A stretch of DNA of 64,000 nucleotides from a virus. The notes beneath the pieces were generated by a model, which saw only the letters and a list, made by a program, of their open reading frames with translations, was not told the origin of the DNA and searched no databases. The stretch is from IMG/VR virus record IMGVR_UViG_3300006919_000043, positions 1 to 64,000 of that record. One strand, 5' to 3'. The position numbers and the translations under genes were made by a program. Below are positions 1 through 9,707 of this stretch, one piece after another (the stretch's first letter is position 1; each line of letters starts with the position of its first letter).

Positions 1-3000
1 TATCATGGACTCCCAGTTAGATTCGTGATTGAAGCCGTTGCTGGTAGTGGTAAAACAACCCTCCTTAGAATGCTCTTTAGCATCCTTGCCAATGCTCATC
101 ACTGTGGTCGGAAATACTCAATCACAGCCACCGCTTTCAATGGCACAATTGCCAAAGTAATTGTTGAGGCTATGGATGCTGTAAAACCCGATGGTGCCGA
201 CTGGACATCCGGTGGTGGCACTGGAACACTGAACAGTCATGGCAAGAAAACTGTGGTCAAATTCTTCGACCATCCTGTATCGCTGGTAACTGGTGTTGAC
301 CTGTGGTTGAAGTATGCCAAGATCGTTGTCTGTAATGCTTTAGCGAATGAGGATTTGCTTGAGGATTTCACAGCCAATGTCCTAATCAGCCCCAACGGAT
401 TCAAGCGAAGAATGTCCTCATGGTATGCTCTTTGCCGACTGGTTGCCAATGTCACAAAGAAGGCTCTCGGTGCTGGATTCTATGCACCGATTGACTCCAC
501 TGTTGATGCTGAAACATGGGAGAATTTCATGGGTCAAAATTTGGGTTCACTAAGACTGTCCGAACAGCCAATTGGTGCTGTATGGACAGCCTATCTTCAA
601 CAGGCTGTTGAGGACACTATCTCACTCCGAATGTATCACTTAGAGAACCCCAGTGAAGTCGCTGTGGTCAATGCTGATGCACTGCTATGGAAAGGTGACG
701 CACTCAATGGATTCTTCGATACTGCGGAGAACACAATTCAATCGGATCTCGTCAAGATGGGATTGAGGATTGAACCAGTATCAACCAATGCTGGCGACAG
801 CATTCAAGTCATACCATACCATGCTCGTAATTACCGCACTGGCAGGTTCGATGTCAAGCGTTTGGAGATTGTTTGGCCTAAAGGCACATGGGATGAAATG
901 AAGGCTGTTCAAAACGCTTGCTATGCCATGAAAGATGATGATATTTTCACCCCATACAGTGGATTCTCAAACTGTGGTAGCCGCAAGCCGGAAAACTACG
1001 ATAAGCGTTCACAGGCCAAATTCCAAACTGATGAATGGGTATTCTCAATCAAGGATTGTAAGCGTGATATTGATGCGTTCATTCAAGCGGCTACAACAGC
1101 AGGTTTTGACTACGCTGGTGCCTTCGATGGTTCGACACCAATTGCTGGCCAAGAAGAGGCGTTTATCGCTGAAATTAACCACATTGATTGTATCTATGCC
1201 CCAGCATATTTCGACATGCCAGCATGGAGAACATTTGACTTCATGTTCTGTGATGAAGTGCAAGATATGAGTCCACTACAACATGGCCTTCTTGAGCGAT
1301 TGGTGGCTAAGGATGGGAATGTAGTTATTGTCGGAGATAGAAGGCAAAGTTTGTATTTATTTTCGGGTGCTGACAGCCGTTCTATGGACTATGCAATTGA
1401 CACCTATGGATGCCAGTCATTCCCAATGACAGTGTGCTGGCGACAGTCCGATGTGCTTGCCAATGAAGTGGTATCAGCACTGGGATATGTTGACGGTGAA
1501 AAGACGATCTTCGCTGACCACAAATCAGCAAAAACACTGGTCAATTCATGGCGTGATGGATTCCATTCATATCAACACCACATCAGTGATTTGACACACA
1601 ATGTGGAGATTGGCGACATGGTTCTATGCCGCATATCAGCACCACTGGTTCACTATGCTATGGCTACTCTCAAGTCCGGTATTCCGGTTCGATTGGCTGG
1701 TGGTGGCGACCTTGAATCTCAAGTCAAATCCATGTGGTCAAGTAAGAACAAATTGAACATGGAGAACCGCCCAATTGGTGAGATATTCACAGCGATTGAG
1801 GATTACTTGACAGCACTGTTGACACGAATCACAAAGCGGGTAAATGGTGATGAAACACTGGCTCGCCAGCATGATGATTACAAGTCGGCACAGGATATGA
1901 CAACAGCAGTTACAGCATTGTTTGGTCGCTACGGAACCACAGTCTTGACCCATGAATTATCCAGCGATGGATTCCTTGCATGGCTTGAGGATCTCTTCGT
2001 TGACCCAACCGATACTGGCGAAGGATATGTCATGTTCTCCACTGTCCACCGTGCTAAGGGATTAGAGCGTGATACTGTCCACATTATCGTTGACCGCATG
2101 ACCAAAGACAAAGAAGGTAAAGAAACTGTATCACCATGTTTCATGCTTCCGTGGTCAATGAATAACAGTGCTGAAATCCAGCAAGAATTGAACGCTGTCT
2201 ATGTCTGTATCACACGGGCTATGAACACCCAGCGTTTTTACACAAACCACCCACTTGAATCGGGTTCATGTGGTATTGCTGACATCCTGTGGATGCTTGA
2301 CAATGAAGCACCTTCTAATGATGCCCCAGTGGCCTCAAATGTTGAAGTGGTCGAAGAGTCCACCAGTGATGAAGAAGAAGCCATAGAGGCCGTTAAAATG
2401 CCTCAATTCGCATTGTTTGAAGGTGGTGTCTGTGTGTCATTGACTGATGATGCGGATAAGGCCATGAAACATATCATCGAATGTGCTGGTGAGGACTATG
2501 ACATCAGTGAGTATGAAGCGGGAACCTATGTCAATGATAACCGTGTGTATGCTAACCCAAATCACCCATTGATTGACCACGCTGTGTATCTCACAGACCT
2601 CCCAATGGGCAACGATGTTGGAGAGTCCATCAATGAATATCTCAAGGACATGCACGACATCTATGACCACGCTGACCACATCGAATTATTTGGTGCTGGG
2701 ATCCCAACATTCTATTTCCACACAACAGACTTCGCACAGCCAGTGGTTGGTGATGAATTACCAGCACCTTTGGAAAACATGAAAGAAGCCTGTTGTGTCG
2801 CCAAATACAATTTCCCCAACAGAACATGCGATTGTGAAAAAGCACCAGCAAGAACCCGCAAGACAAGTGAGGAACGCTGGCATGATGTCATTGACGCATA
2901 CTTCGCAATCGAGATTAGTGAACAACCCAGCATCAATGCCGAGCGTGAAATTTGTGATGTAGCATCAGTGTGTTATCACAAAGCACTGGCCGAAGAAGCG

Positions 3001-3294
3001 GGAATGTCCGACAAGACATTCAAGCGTGTTCTTGAAGATGCCATAGAAGCCGATTCAAACTGTCAAGGATTGAAGGAAATTGGTGTTGGGTATGTCATAG
3101 GCCACTGGCAAGATGTCATGCTATACACAGTCCACAACGGTGAAGAATTGGAGATACAAGTCACCCGTGAATTTGCTCGATCTGGTGGCGAGATTAACCC
3201 ACCAAAATTGAAGCGTGGTTCACAGATTAGAATTGCCATTCACAATCAAACATACTCATCGAGAACAGCACTGGGATTGAATGAAGAAGAATGA
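1..3294 (+). CDS. SF1 (UvrD/Rep-like) DNA helicase with a large insertion and acidic C-terminal extension; 5'-truncated by the window
   Basis: Motifs: Walker A AVAGSGKTT, Walker B FCDEVQD, motif III VGDRRQSLY, motif V STVHRAKGLE, motif VI VYVCITRA. Frame 1 is open from base 1. Confidence 0.9.
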   Translation, partial: YHGLPVRFVIEAVAGSGKTTLLRMLFSILANAHHCGRKYSITATAFNGTIAKVIVEAMDAVKPDGADWTSGGGTGTLNSHGKKTVVKFFDHPVSLVTGVDLWLKYAKIVVCNALANEDLLEDFTANVLISPNGFKRRMSSWYALCRLVANVTKKALGAGFYAPIDSTVDAETWENFMGQNLGSLRLSEQPIGAVWTAYLQQAVEDTISLRMYHLENPSEVAVVNADALLWKGDALNGFFDTAENTIQSDLVKMGLRIEPVSTNAGDSIQVIPYHARNYRTGRFDVKRLEIVWPKGTWDEMKAVQNACYAMKDDDIFTPYSGFSNCGSRKPENYDKRSQAKFQTDEWVFSIKDCKRDIDAFIQAATTAGFDYAGAFDGSTPIAGQEEAFIAEINHIDCIYAPAYFDMPAWRTFDFMFCDEVQDMSPLQHGLLERLVAKDGNVVIVGDRRQSLYLFSGADSRSMDYAIDTYGCQSFPMTVCWRQSDVLANEVVSALGYVDGEKTIFADHKSAKTLVNSWRDGFHSYQHHISDLTHNVEIGDMVLCRISAPLVHYAMATLKSGIPVRLAGGGDLESQVKSMWSSKNKLNMENRPIGEIFTAIEDYLTALLTRITKRVNGDETLARQHDDYKSAQDMTTAVTALFGRYGTTVLTHELSSDGFLAWLEDLFVDPTDTGEGYVMFSTVHRAKGLERDTVHIIVDRMTKDKEGKETVSPCFMLPWSMNNSAEIQQELNAVYVCITRAMNTQRFYTNHPLESGSCGIADILWMLDNEAPSNDAPVASNVEVVEESTSDEEEAIEAVKMPQFALFEGGVCVSLTDDADKAMKHIIECAGEDYDISEYEAGTYVNDNRVYANPNHPLIDHAVYLTDLPMGNDVGESINEYLKDMHDIYDHADHIELFGAGIPTFYFHTTDFAQPVVGDELPAPLENMKEACCVAKYNFPNRTCDCEKAPARTRKTSEERWHDVIDAYFAIEISEQPSINAEREICDVASVCYHKALAEEAGMSDKTFKRVLEDAIEADSNCQGLKEIGVGYVIGHWQDVMLYTVHNGEELEIQVTREFARSGGEINPPKLKRGSQIRIAIHNQTYSSRTALGLNEEE

Positions 3295-3330
3295 TAAGCA
3301 CTGGGTAATTGGACACGAAAGCCGGAGGAT

Positions 3331-3795
3331 ATGAAGATGAAGCCACACACACTCACCAGCCGTCGTAGTGTCGGCCACTGGCCGGACATGTCCACCAAAG
3401 ATAAGGAGGCTGTCTATGCCACTATTGGTCGGTTCATCAAGGCCAAGCACCCTCAATTCATTGAGGATTCTGTGCGACCAAAATATGAGCGTGTTTTGTT
3501 CTGTAAGCATCATGGTATTGTCGGCTTTTCATCGCAAATCACTGACGCTAAATGTCCATGTGCTGATTCATCAGCACCCTCCAAATCTATCTCACAGAAC
3601 AGCATTCATTTCGCTGTGCTGATGAAGGACAAATACATCGCTGGTTGCACACCAGTCAAAAGAATGCCATACACTCTCCGTGATGATAAGTGGGCTGGGG
3701 CTGATATTCTCCCAGTTACCACAGACCCAGCGAAGGTGTCCTGTGGGGCTTGCCGTGCCAAGATCGAAGCGGCTCTCAAAAGACTCGGAGATTGA
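3331..3795 (+). CDS. hypothetical protein with Cys/His motifs
   Basis: 154-aa ORF preceded by GGAGG RBS; CKHH, CPC and CGAC motifs. Confidence 0.7.
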   Translation: MKMKPHTLTSRRSVGHWPDMSTKDKEAVYATIGRFIKAKHPQFIEDSVRPKYERVLFCKHHGIVGFSSQITDAKCPCADSSAPSKSISQNSIHFAVLMKDKYIAGCTPVKRMPYTLRDDKWAGADILPVTTDPAKVSCGACRAKIEAALKRLGD

Positions 3796-3893
3796 CCACA
3801 AATGACTCATGGTGGGTCGGGCACTATGTTCCACCATGCCCCAAAAAACGGGGCATAAATGTGCCCGCCCGCCACCTTTCAAAATCAAGATCC

Positions 3894-3927
3894 AGTCTTA
3901 TTTTTATTCAATATTAAAAAAAAGACT
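3894..3927. repeat. AT-rich imperfect inverted repeat (13-bp arms)
   Basis: AGTCTTATTTTTA-ttcaatat-TAAAAAAAAGACT, one mismatch. Confidence 0.7.
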
Positions 3928-3987
3928 ATATACTCCCATATTACCTGCGCTGGGAGTCGGGCTGACCCGACCTCCGAAATCGCCACC

Positions 3988-4002
3988 TTCATATACACCC
4001 GA
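3988..4002 (+). promoter_or_regulatory. putative archaeal TATA-type viral promoter
   Basis: TTCATATACACCCGA, 14/15 identical to 8216-8230; lies upstream of GAGGTGA RBS and ATG 4056. Confidence 0.6.
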
Positions 4003-4055
4003 TGGTGTGGACAACATGAAGCGGGCAAGAAACCCGCCATAATGAGGTGAAAAAT

Positions 4056-5891
4056 ATGAATAAGAATACCCCCGAAAATGTAGTAACATCTAACGATAAC
4101 ATAGTTGTCGTTGGAGAAGTAGTTAGCCGAACCCCAACCCATGTTGTTGTGTTGTATCAGTCCATGTCCGGACTACAACAATTGAACATTACCCGCACAG
4201 AATTTGATGTGGGCAACAGCACTGGTGTCAAGTTAGACGAGAGAAGCACTGATACACAGCGTGCATTTGCTGTCAAGCGATGTGAATGCCCAGTATGTAA
4301 CAACAACAATGACGGTGCTGATGAAGTCGTAGCAAACAATGACGATCCCTCCACACTTCGTGGTGAATTACAGGCAATAAATGTCCGAAGGCAAGTCATT
4401 GAAATTGATGGCGAAAGAAGTGTCGTAAAATGCGATACCTGTGCCGGTAAAGGCAAGATTAACTCACTACCACACCACGCTGTTTTCAGTGGTCATACAA
4501 TCAATCTAACACCAGTTATTGACGGTGAATGGGGCGACCTTGTGGAATCCATGAGAGTCGGTGAATTACCAGCAAAGCAAATCAAGCCATTCATGGGTCG
4601 TTTTAGCGGCAAGAGAGCCGGTATTGTTGATGAGTGGGATATTCCTATGTCATACAAGGAATTGACCGTTGACAACATTCATGGTGAAACTGTCGGCACT
4701 GGCAATCACATGGTTATCAATGAAGCCTATGCAAATGAATCCAACAATTTTGTCGGTATGCAAATTGGTCGCACAAAGACCGATGTGTATGCTTTCGCTC
4801 AACACAGTGATGTGCTACCACACTTCATTGACTGGGCTTCACAAAACGGCTTACCATTCCATGCTTATGCAACCAATTTCGGCTGTGATGCTATGGTTGA
4901 CATTCACATCTGTGACCTTCAATCCAAAGAGCAAGCAATTGAATCAATGCGTGATGCAAGGGAAAACGGCACAGGAATTTCAACCACTGGGTTTGAAGCA
5001 TTTGACGATCTTCTCAACCCAGCCAACATGTCATTCGGTGTTCAAATCCGACATTCCTTTGACGGTTCTCTAAGCATTCGTGGTGTCATGCAAAGACTGG
5101 TTTGTGCTAACGGTATGGTTGGCACCCGTGAAATCAATCTAATGGCCGCACAGCACAAGAAGGGTGTATGGGAAACTATCTCTTTCAGTGCTATTGCTGA
5201 AATGGTCATGACACTGGTTGCTGAATTATTCAACCAGTATGAGGCTGTTGAATCCATGAATGAAATCACACTGAACCCAACCGACCTTGAGGCTCTAATT
5301 GCACTACAAGTCGAAAGAGGTATCATGTCTTATCCATCCATTGGACAGGATGCTCAATTGACTGGTGGCCGCCAATACAGACTATTCACACAAGGCTGGG
5401 CTGACCCTAACCAAGCATGGGTATCAGTCGGTGAACAGCACGATGGCTCACAGGCTGGCACACTTTACCAAGCATACCAAAACATGAACGGTATCATCAA
5501 CCACCAACCATCCCTTCGTGATGCACACGGTAGTGTTGATGGTGGCAAGGCTATCTCTTTCTCCAAGACCGAGCAAGATCTTGAGAAGCAACACAGCCTG
5601 TTCATTGAAGTCCAAGAAGATGCTGTCCGTGCTTTCACACAGGCCACTGGTGCCGCACCAAAGGCTGGCGAATTACAGGCTTATGTTGACGAGTATGGAA
5701 TCCCTATGCTCAACATGATGGTCGCACATGAACCACGCACTGAAACAGTTAGCAAAGACCGTGCTGGTAATGTAACTATCCGCCAGTGGAATGCTGGTGA
5801 CATACTACCAACCATCGTCAAGAATGTCGGCTCTAACAATGAAGTCACACGCACACTGAACGCACAATTCAACATGGCGGTGGTTGCCTAA
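4056..5891 (+). CDS. DUF932/DUF945-like protein with N-terminal Cys-rich Zn-binding region
   Basis: IRHSFDGSLSIRGVMQRLVCANGMV matches the DUF932 signature (NS.DGS...R.VC.NG); CECPVC and CDTCAGKG; start set at ATG 4056 after GAGGTGA. Confidence 0.7.
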   Translation: MNKNTPENVVTSNDNIVVVGEVVSRTPTHVVVLYQSMSGLQQLNITRTEFDVGNSTGVKLDERSTDTQRAFAVKRCECPVCNNNNDGADEVVANNDDPSTLRGELQAINVRRQVIEIDGERSVVKCDTCAGKGKINSLPHHAVFSGHTINLTPVIDGEWGDLVESMRVGELPAKQIKPFMGRFSGKRAGIVDEWDIPMSYKELTVDNIHGETVGTGNHMVINEAYANESNNFVGMQIGRTKTDVYAFAQHSDVLPHFIDWASQNGLPFHAYATNFGCDAMVDIHICDLQSKEQAIESMRDARENGTGISTTGFEAFDDLLNPANMSFGVQIRHSFDGSLSIRGVMQRLVCANGMVGTREINLMAAQHKKGVWETISFSAIAEMVMTLVAELFNQYEAVESMNEITLNPTDLEALIALQVERGIMSYPSIGQDAQLTGGRQYRLFTQGWADPNQAWVSVGEQHDGSQAGTLYQAYQNMNGIINHQPSLRDAHGSVDGGKAISFSKTEQDLEKQHSLFIEVQEDAVRAFTQATGAAPKAGELQAYVDEYGIPMLNMMVAHEPRTETVSKDRAGNVTIRQWNAGDILPTIVKNVGSNNEVTRTLNAQFNMAVVA

Positions 5892-5975
5892 GCGGGCTAA
5901 TCATTTGTTCCCTCACCGGTATGACGGCCAGCATAATTGCTTGCTCGACTGGTGATTGGGCACAAATGACCCAGC
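5892..5975 (+). other. long intergenic RNA stem-loop (possible ncRNA, processing or regulatory element)
   Basis: TCATTTGT/ACAAATGA, CCC/GGG, TCACCGGT/ACTGGTGA (one G-U) and apical AGCA-taat-TGCT. Confidence 0.55.
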
Positions 5976-5993
5976 AAATTTGGAGAGATTATC

Positions 5994-6521
5994 ATGAGCG
6001 CATTGAACCCCCCACAAAGACCGAATGTGAAGGTATGCTTTCGCACATTTATCAAGGCACCAGCCGTAACTGGTGTGCTTGCTGAAATGGCTGGAATAAA
6101 CATACCTAACAGGCAAGTATTTGGCATACTCCCATACACACCCCTTGAAGATGGTTTGAAGGCCAGCAACCATGTTGCTTGCGTCGGATTGAACGGTGAA
6201 AGATTCATTGGAGATTATACCACACTGATTGCTGAAACAAAGCCATCAACCGCACAGGAATTGAAGCCACTAATGAATGAAATGACTCACTTCGGTGGCT
6301 GGGATGTTGAGCCGATCATGGCGACACAAATCAACCACCAATTACGCAAGATGGAGTCGGTAGTTAGCGATGCTCAAGAAGTCGGTGATTCGTCACAGAA
6401 CACCGAAGAAGATGTTGAGATTGTCAAAGAGGACATATCCATTGAGGTTGATGTAGTGAACATTGATGTTGATTCTAATGCTGGATTTGGTGGTAGTGCA
6501 TTCACGGAGGAATGGGCATGA
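5994..6521 (+). CDS. hypothetical protein
   Basis: 175-aa ORF, GGAGA RBS, acidic tail. Confidence 0.7.
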   Translation: MSALNPPQRPNVKVCFRTFIKAPAVTGVLAEMAGINIPNRQVFGILPYTPLEDGLKASNHVACVGLNGERFIGDYTTLIAETKPSTAQELKPLMNEMTHFGGWDVEPIMATQINHQLRKMESVVSDAQEVGDSSQNTEEDVEIVKEDISIEVDVVNIDVDSNAGFGGSAFTEEWA

Positions 6522-6697
6522 CACCGGAAATGTCGCAATTGTATTCGGACTTAGAAGCCGCCTGTAATTCAGCACATGCGATGATGAAAACAGGCGAATT
6601 GCCTTTAGTCAAATACCGTCAAATCAACAACACTATCGCTCGCTGGGAGGACATGCTTCGCACAATTAGACTTGACCAAAGGAGTGGATCTCAATGA
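6518..6697 (+). CDS. hypothetical protein
   Basis: ATGA-coupled to both neighbours; GGAGG RBS. Confidence 0.6.
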   Translation: MTPEMSQLYSDLEAACNSAHAMMKTGELPLVKYRQINNTIARWEDMLRTIRLDQRSGSQ

Positions 6698-7011
6698 ATG
6701 ACATACAACAAAGATGGATTGAAAACAACCCTTGCATGTTCTGTGGCAAACCACTGAACAAACCATTCAACCGCTTGAGGAAACATGCACAATACATTCT
6801 ATTGCGAAAGATGGGCAGTGGTGGTTCTCCAAAGACTCACAAGATCGCTAATTCATTAACCGGAAAAGGACTCTATGTTGGTGAATGTTGCTTCCATGTT
6901 TTGACACAAGAAGCGGAGGAATGCACTAACTCACAATGCTATTGTGATGAAGTCGCTGATTGTGAGATATTCAAATCCGATTTAGAGAAAACATTGGAGG
7001 AATCTCAATGA
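6694..7011 (+). CDS. Cys-rich hypothetical protein
   Basis: CMFC, ECC, CxxxxCxC; ATGA coupling. Confidence 0.65.
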   Translation: MNDIQQRWIENNPCMFCGKPLNKPFNRLRKHAQYILLRKMGSGGSPKTHKIANSLTGKGLYVGECCFHVLTQEAEECTNSQCYCDEVADCEIFKSDLEKTLEESQ

Positions 7012-7337
7012 CCTGTGAATGCTGTGATTACGAAGAAGTCAGTGTTGGCTATTTCCAGTGTGTCAATGATGATTGCGACCCAGTGGGTGCTGTTGTCATT
7101 GATGTATTTGATTACGGTGAGATTGTATTCCCCGAAGGTATTTCATTCGACCAGCGTGCTAAGATGTTGCCACCACCCCGTGCTGGCTATGTCATGTTCG
7201 CTGATTCAGCACCGGACATCAATGTGCCGCATTTGCTCGCACAGGGAATTTCACCGGAGAAGATCTGTATCACAACAATGGGTGAGGCTGATGCTGTTTG
7301 GCACTTTGTCGCAAACGATGGAGAGGATTCACAATGA
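7008..7337 (+). CDS. hypothetical protein
   Basis: ATGA coupling, GGAGG RBS. Confidence 0.65.
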   Translation: MTCECCDYEEVSVGYFQCVNDDCDPVGAVVIDVFDYGEIVFPEGISFDQRAKMLPPPRAGYVMFADSAPDINVPHLLAQGISPEKICITTMGEADAVWHFVANDGEDSQ

Positions 7338-7690
7338 GGGAAATTTACACAGTCCAAGACGGCTGGGGTATTCAGTGCTTTAGCACATGGCGTGCGCTTA
7401 GTAGGTATCTATTTGTGCTTCGTGGCCGCTTCGCTAATCAGCCGAAAACTGGCTACGAAAACGGCCTGTTCTTTGACACAGACAACCCAACATCCGATAG
7501 TCATTCTTATTTTCCACACGGCACACCGGCTACAAGTCATAGAGTCAAGAAGGTTCTCGATGCTGGGTTCCAATGCACGCTGGTTGACGGTGCGAATCGG
7601 CATCCACAACACATCGTCATTACACCAGTGCCGTTATTCACAGCGAATGATATGGATGCCCATTGGCACCATCTTTCGGAGGATTCTTGA
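7334..7690 (+). CDS. hypothetical protein
   Basis: Start reassigned to ATG 7334 (ATGA overlap, GAGG RBS). Confidence 0.6.
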   Translation: MREIYTVQDGWGIQCFSTWRALSRYLFVLRGRFANQPKTGYENGLFFDTDNPTSDSHSYFPHGTPATSHRVKKVLDAGFQCTLVDGANRHPQHIVITPVPLFTANDMDAHWHHLSEDS

Positions 7691-7974
7691 TGTCGGGATT
7701 TGTTGAACAGCAATTCAATGCGCCGCCTAAAGGAAAGGGTCGCCATCGAAAGGTGCGAACCCTTTGGAGGACAGTGAAGCAAACCACAGGCTCACCGCCC
7801 ACACTTATTCACTACATGCCAGCAAGACGCTGGTATGAGATCGATGGTGAGCGAGTTTTCACCGAGCGAGCGACATGGGTGATTCATCACAAAACAGGGA
7901 GGTTCACTTACACTGGCACTTCACCGGAGATTGTTCAACAAATTCACACAGACGGACTTACAGGAGAGGCTTAG
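7690..7974 (+). CDS. hypothetical protein
   Basis: TGATG overlap, GGAGG RBS. Confidence 0.6.
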   Translation: MSGFVEQQFNAPPKGKGRHRKVRTLWRTVKQTTGSPPTLIHYMPARRWYEIDGERVFTERATWVIHHKTGRFTYTGTSPEIVQQIHTDGLTGEA

Positions 7975-7975
7975 A

Positions 7976-8167
7976 ATGAGGATGAATGAGCGATTACATG
8001 CTTTGAGAAGGTTCCTTATCTTTGAGGGTCTTTCGTGGCTTGATAGGTGGGGTAATGACGCTGTATTGTATGTCAATGACACTTTCGACAATGAAGGTTA
8101 CAGTTACACACTGGATGAGATCGAGTATGTCAAAAACTGGATTGTAAAGAGGACAGGAGGTTATTGA
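7976..8167 (+). CDS. hypothetical protein
   Basis: ATG 7976 after GGAGAGG. Confidence 0.55.
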   Translation: MRMNERLHALRRFLIFEGLSWLDRWGNDAVLYVNDTFDNEGYSYTLDEIEYVKNWIVKRTGGY

Positions 8168-8215
8168 ACATGACCAGCCAAAACCGCACAACAGCGAGCC
8201 AATTTCGCCAGCACA

Positions 8216-8230
8216 TTGATATACACCCGA
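8216..8230 (+). promoter_or_regulatory. putative viral promoter
   Basis: TTGATATACACCCGA, near-copy of 3988-4002, about 40 nt before ATG 8260. Confidence 0.6.
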
Positions 8231-8259
8231 CCCCTATAATAGAGCGAGGGAACCCCAAT

Positions 8260-9552
8260 ATGACGATTGACGGAGAAAGAAACGAATGGTATTACAATGA
8301 GAAATACTCATTGATTAATCCAACGAATAAGAATGTGAGAATAAACATCATGGATGTAGCAAAGCACCTGTGCTTGAACACAAACTGGGAGGCACTTGCC
8401 GAAGAAGCATACAATTATGCTATTCGTGAAGGTGAGCGACCAACCAAGAAAAGCACCAGTAACAGTATCAGCAAACACATGTGTGCTATGTGGCAAAAGA
8501 CTGACGAAATGAGAGGTAAGTATCGTGGTGTAAGAGGCACTATTCGCATATCACAAAGCAAGCAAGGTTGTAAGAGCGCACGGGCTTCACCATCGTATGG
8601 TATTACTATGTCCGTGCATGACAAATCAGCATACACATACCGATCTATCTTTGTGCTGTTTCATGAGATTATCCACTGTTCACAATTGTATGGATATGAT
8701 TGCCATAGAGATAAGAAAAAGCGACCACACGACATCATGTTCAACCGTATGATGCTCAAACTAATGCAACCATACTTCAACCTAACAGACGACCAGTGTA
8801 ATGTGTTTGAGCAGGGCTACAAGCGAGGTAATGGATATGCGCCCAGTCGCAAGATTGAGCGTGTTGTTCAACATAAGTTTCAACACGGTATGGCAGGGAA
8901 TCATGCTATCACAAACTTCTTCCATCTTTGGACACGAAAAGCCCAGCATAAATTAAGTGGGAGGAAATCAAAAGATCCCGAGCGCACACATGCTATGAGG
9001 TATTTGACTGACATCGAGAAGCGCATGGAGAATGAGCATGGTGACGACTGGTGTAGCGATGATGAGTATTTCATCAAGTGCCGTGAATACTACGACAGCA
9101 AATTTCCTTTTGACCAGCCACGCATGAGTTGTTTTCGTGGTATTACAGCACACATTGTCAAGAAATTCAAGGCCATGAAGGTAATGCACCTTAGCAAGTT
9201 AGCACAGCCCGAACAGGATGCGTGGTTTGCTATCATGTATGACTGTATGGATGAATGGAATACATGGTCTTACAATACCAGTGATGCACGCTACAATGGA
9301 CTCAAGCGATTGGAGGATTACTTATCCCGTGATTTGACACAAGCCTCCCAGCAAGTAAAACCATTCAGTGAGCATATACCACAGCCACAGGAACCACAGC
9401 CAGTGGTTACATACACATCATGGTTCGATGCCCCAATAGAGGCGATTGTAGCGGCCATTAGACAGGCTCAACCATCAGTGGTGCTGACAGGACATGAATC
9501 AAGATTGGCTCTCATACGAGTCTGTGATAGATACAGGATTGAGTTATCATGA
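8260..9552 (+). CDS. SprT-like zinc metalloprotease domain protein
   Basis: FHEIIH (HExxH) followed by PHDIMFNRMM, the SprT-family third-His pattern. Confidence 0.7.
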   Translation: MTIDGERNEWYYNEKYSLINPTNKNVRINIMDVAKHLCLNTNWEALAEEAYNYAIREGERPTKKSTSNSISKHMCAMWQKTDEMRGKYRGVRGTIRISQSKQGCKSARASPSYGITMSVHDKSAYTYRSIFVLFHEIIHCSQLYGYDCHRDKKKRPHDIMFNRMMLKLMQPYFNLTDDQCNVFEQGYKRGNGYAPSRKIERVVQHKFQHGMAGNHAITNFFHLWTRKAQHKLSGRKSKDPERTHAMRYLTDIEKRMENEHGDDWCSDDEYFIKCREYYDSKFPFDQPRMSCFRGITAHIVKKFKAMKVMHLSKLAQPEQDAWFAIMYDCMDEWNTWSYNTSDARYNGLKRLEDYLSRDLTQASQQVKPFSEHIPQPQEPQPVVTYTSWFDAPIEAIVAAIRQAQPSVVLTGHESRLALIRVCDRYRIELS

Positions 9553-9707
9553 GGCCATACAGAAACCCAGTCGGTGAATGCGTTGTATGCGGTGAATCCT
9601 ATTATGCAAATAGCCACGATGAAAACGGTGTTCATTATCACGATAAATACGGTGTATGTTCGGGCAAATGCTGGCGAATCAAGAGCAAGAAGGAGGATAA
9701 GAAATGA
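9549..9707 (+). CDS. small Zn-finger protein (52 aa, not in ORF track)
   Basis: MRPYRNPVGECVVCGESY...GVCSGKCWR; ATGA overlaps at both ends. Confidence 0.7.
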   Translation: MRPYRNPVGECVVCGESYYANSHDENGVHYHDKYGVCSGKCWRIKSKKEDKK

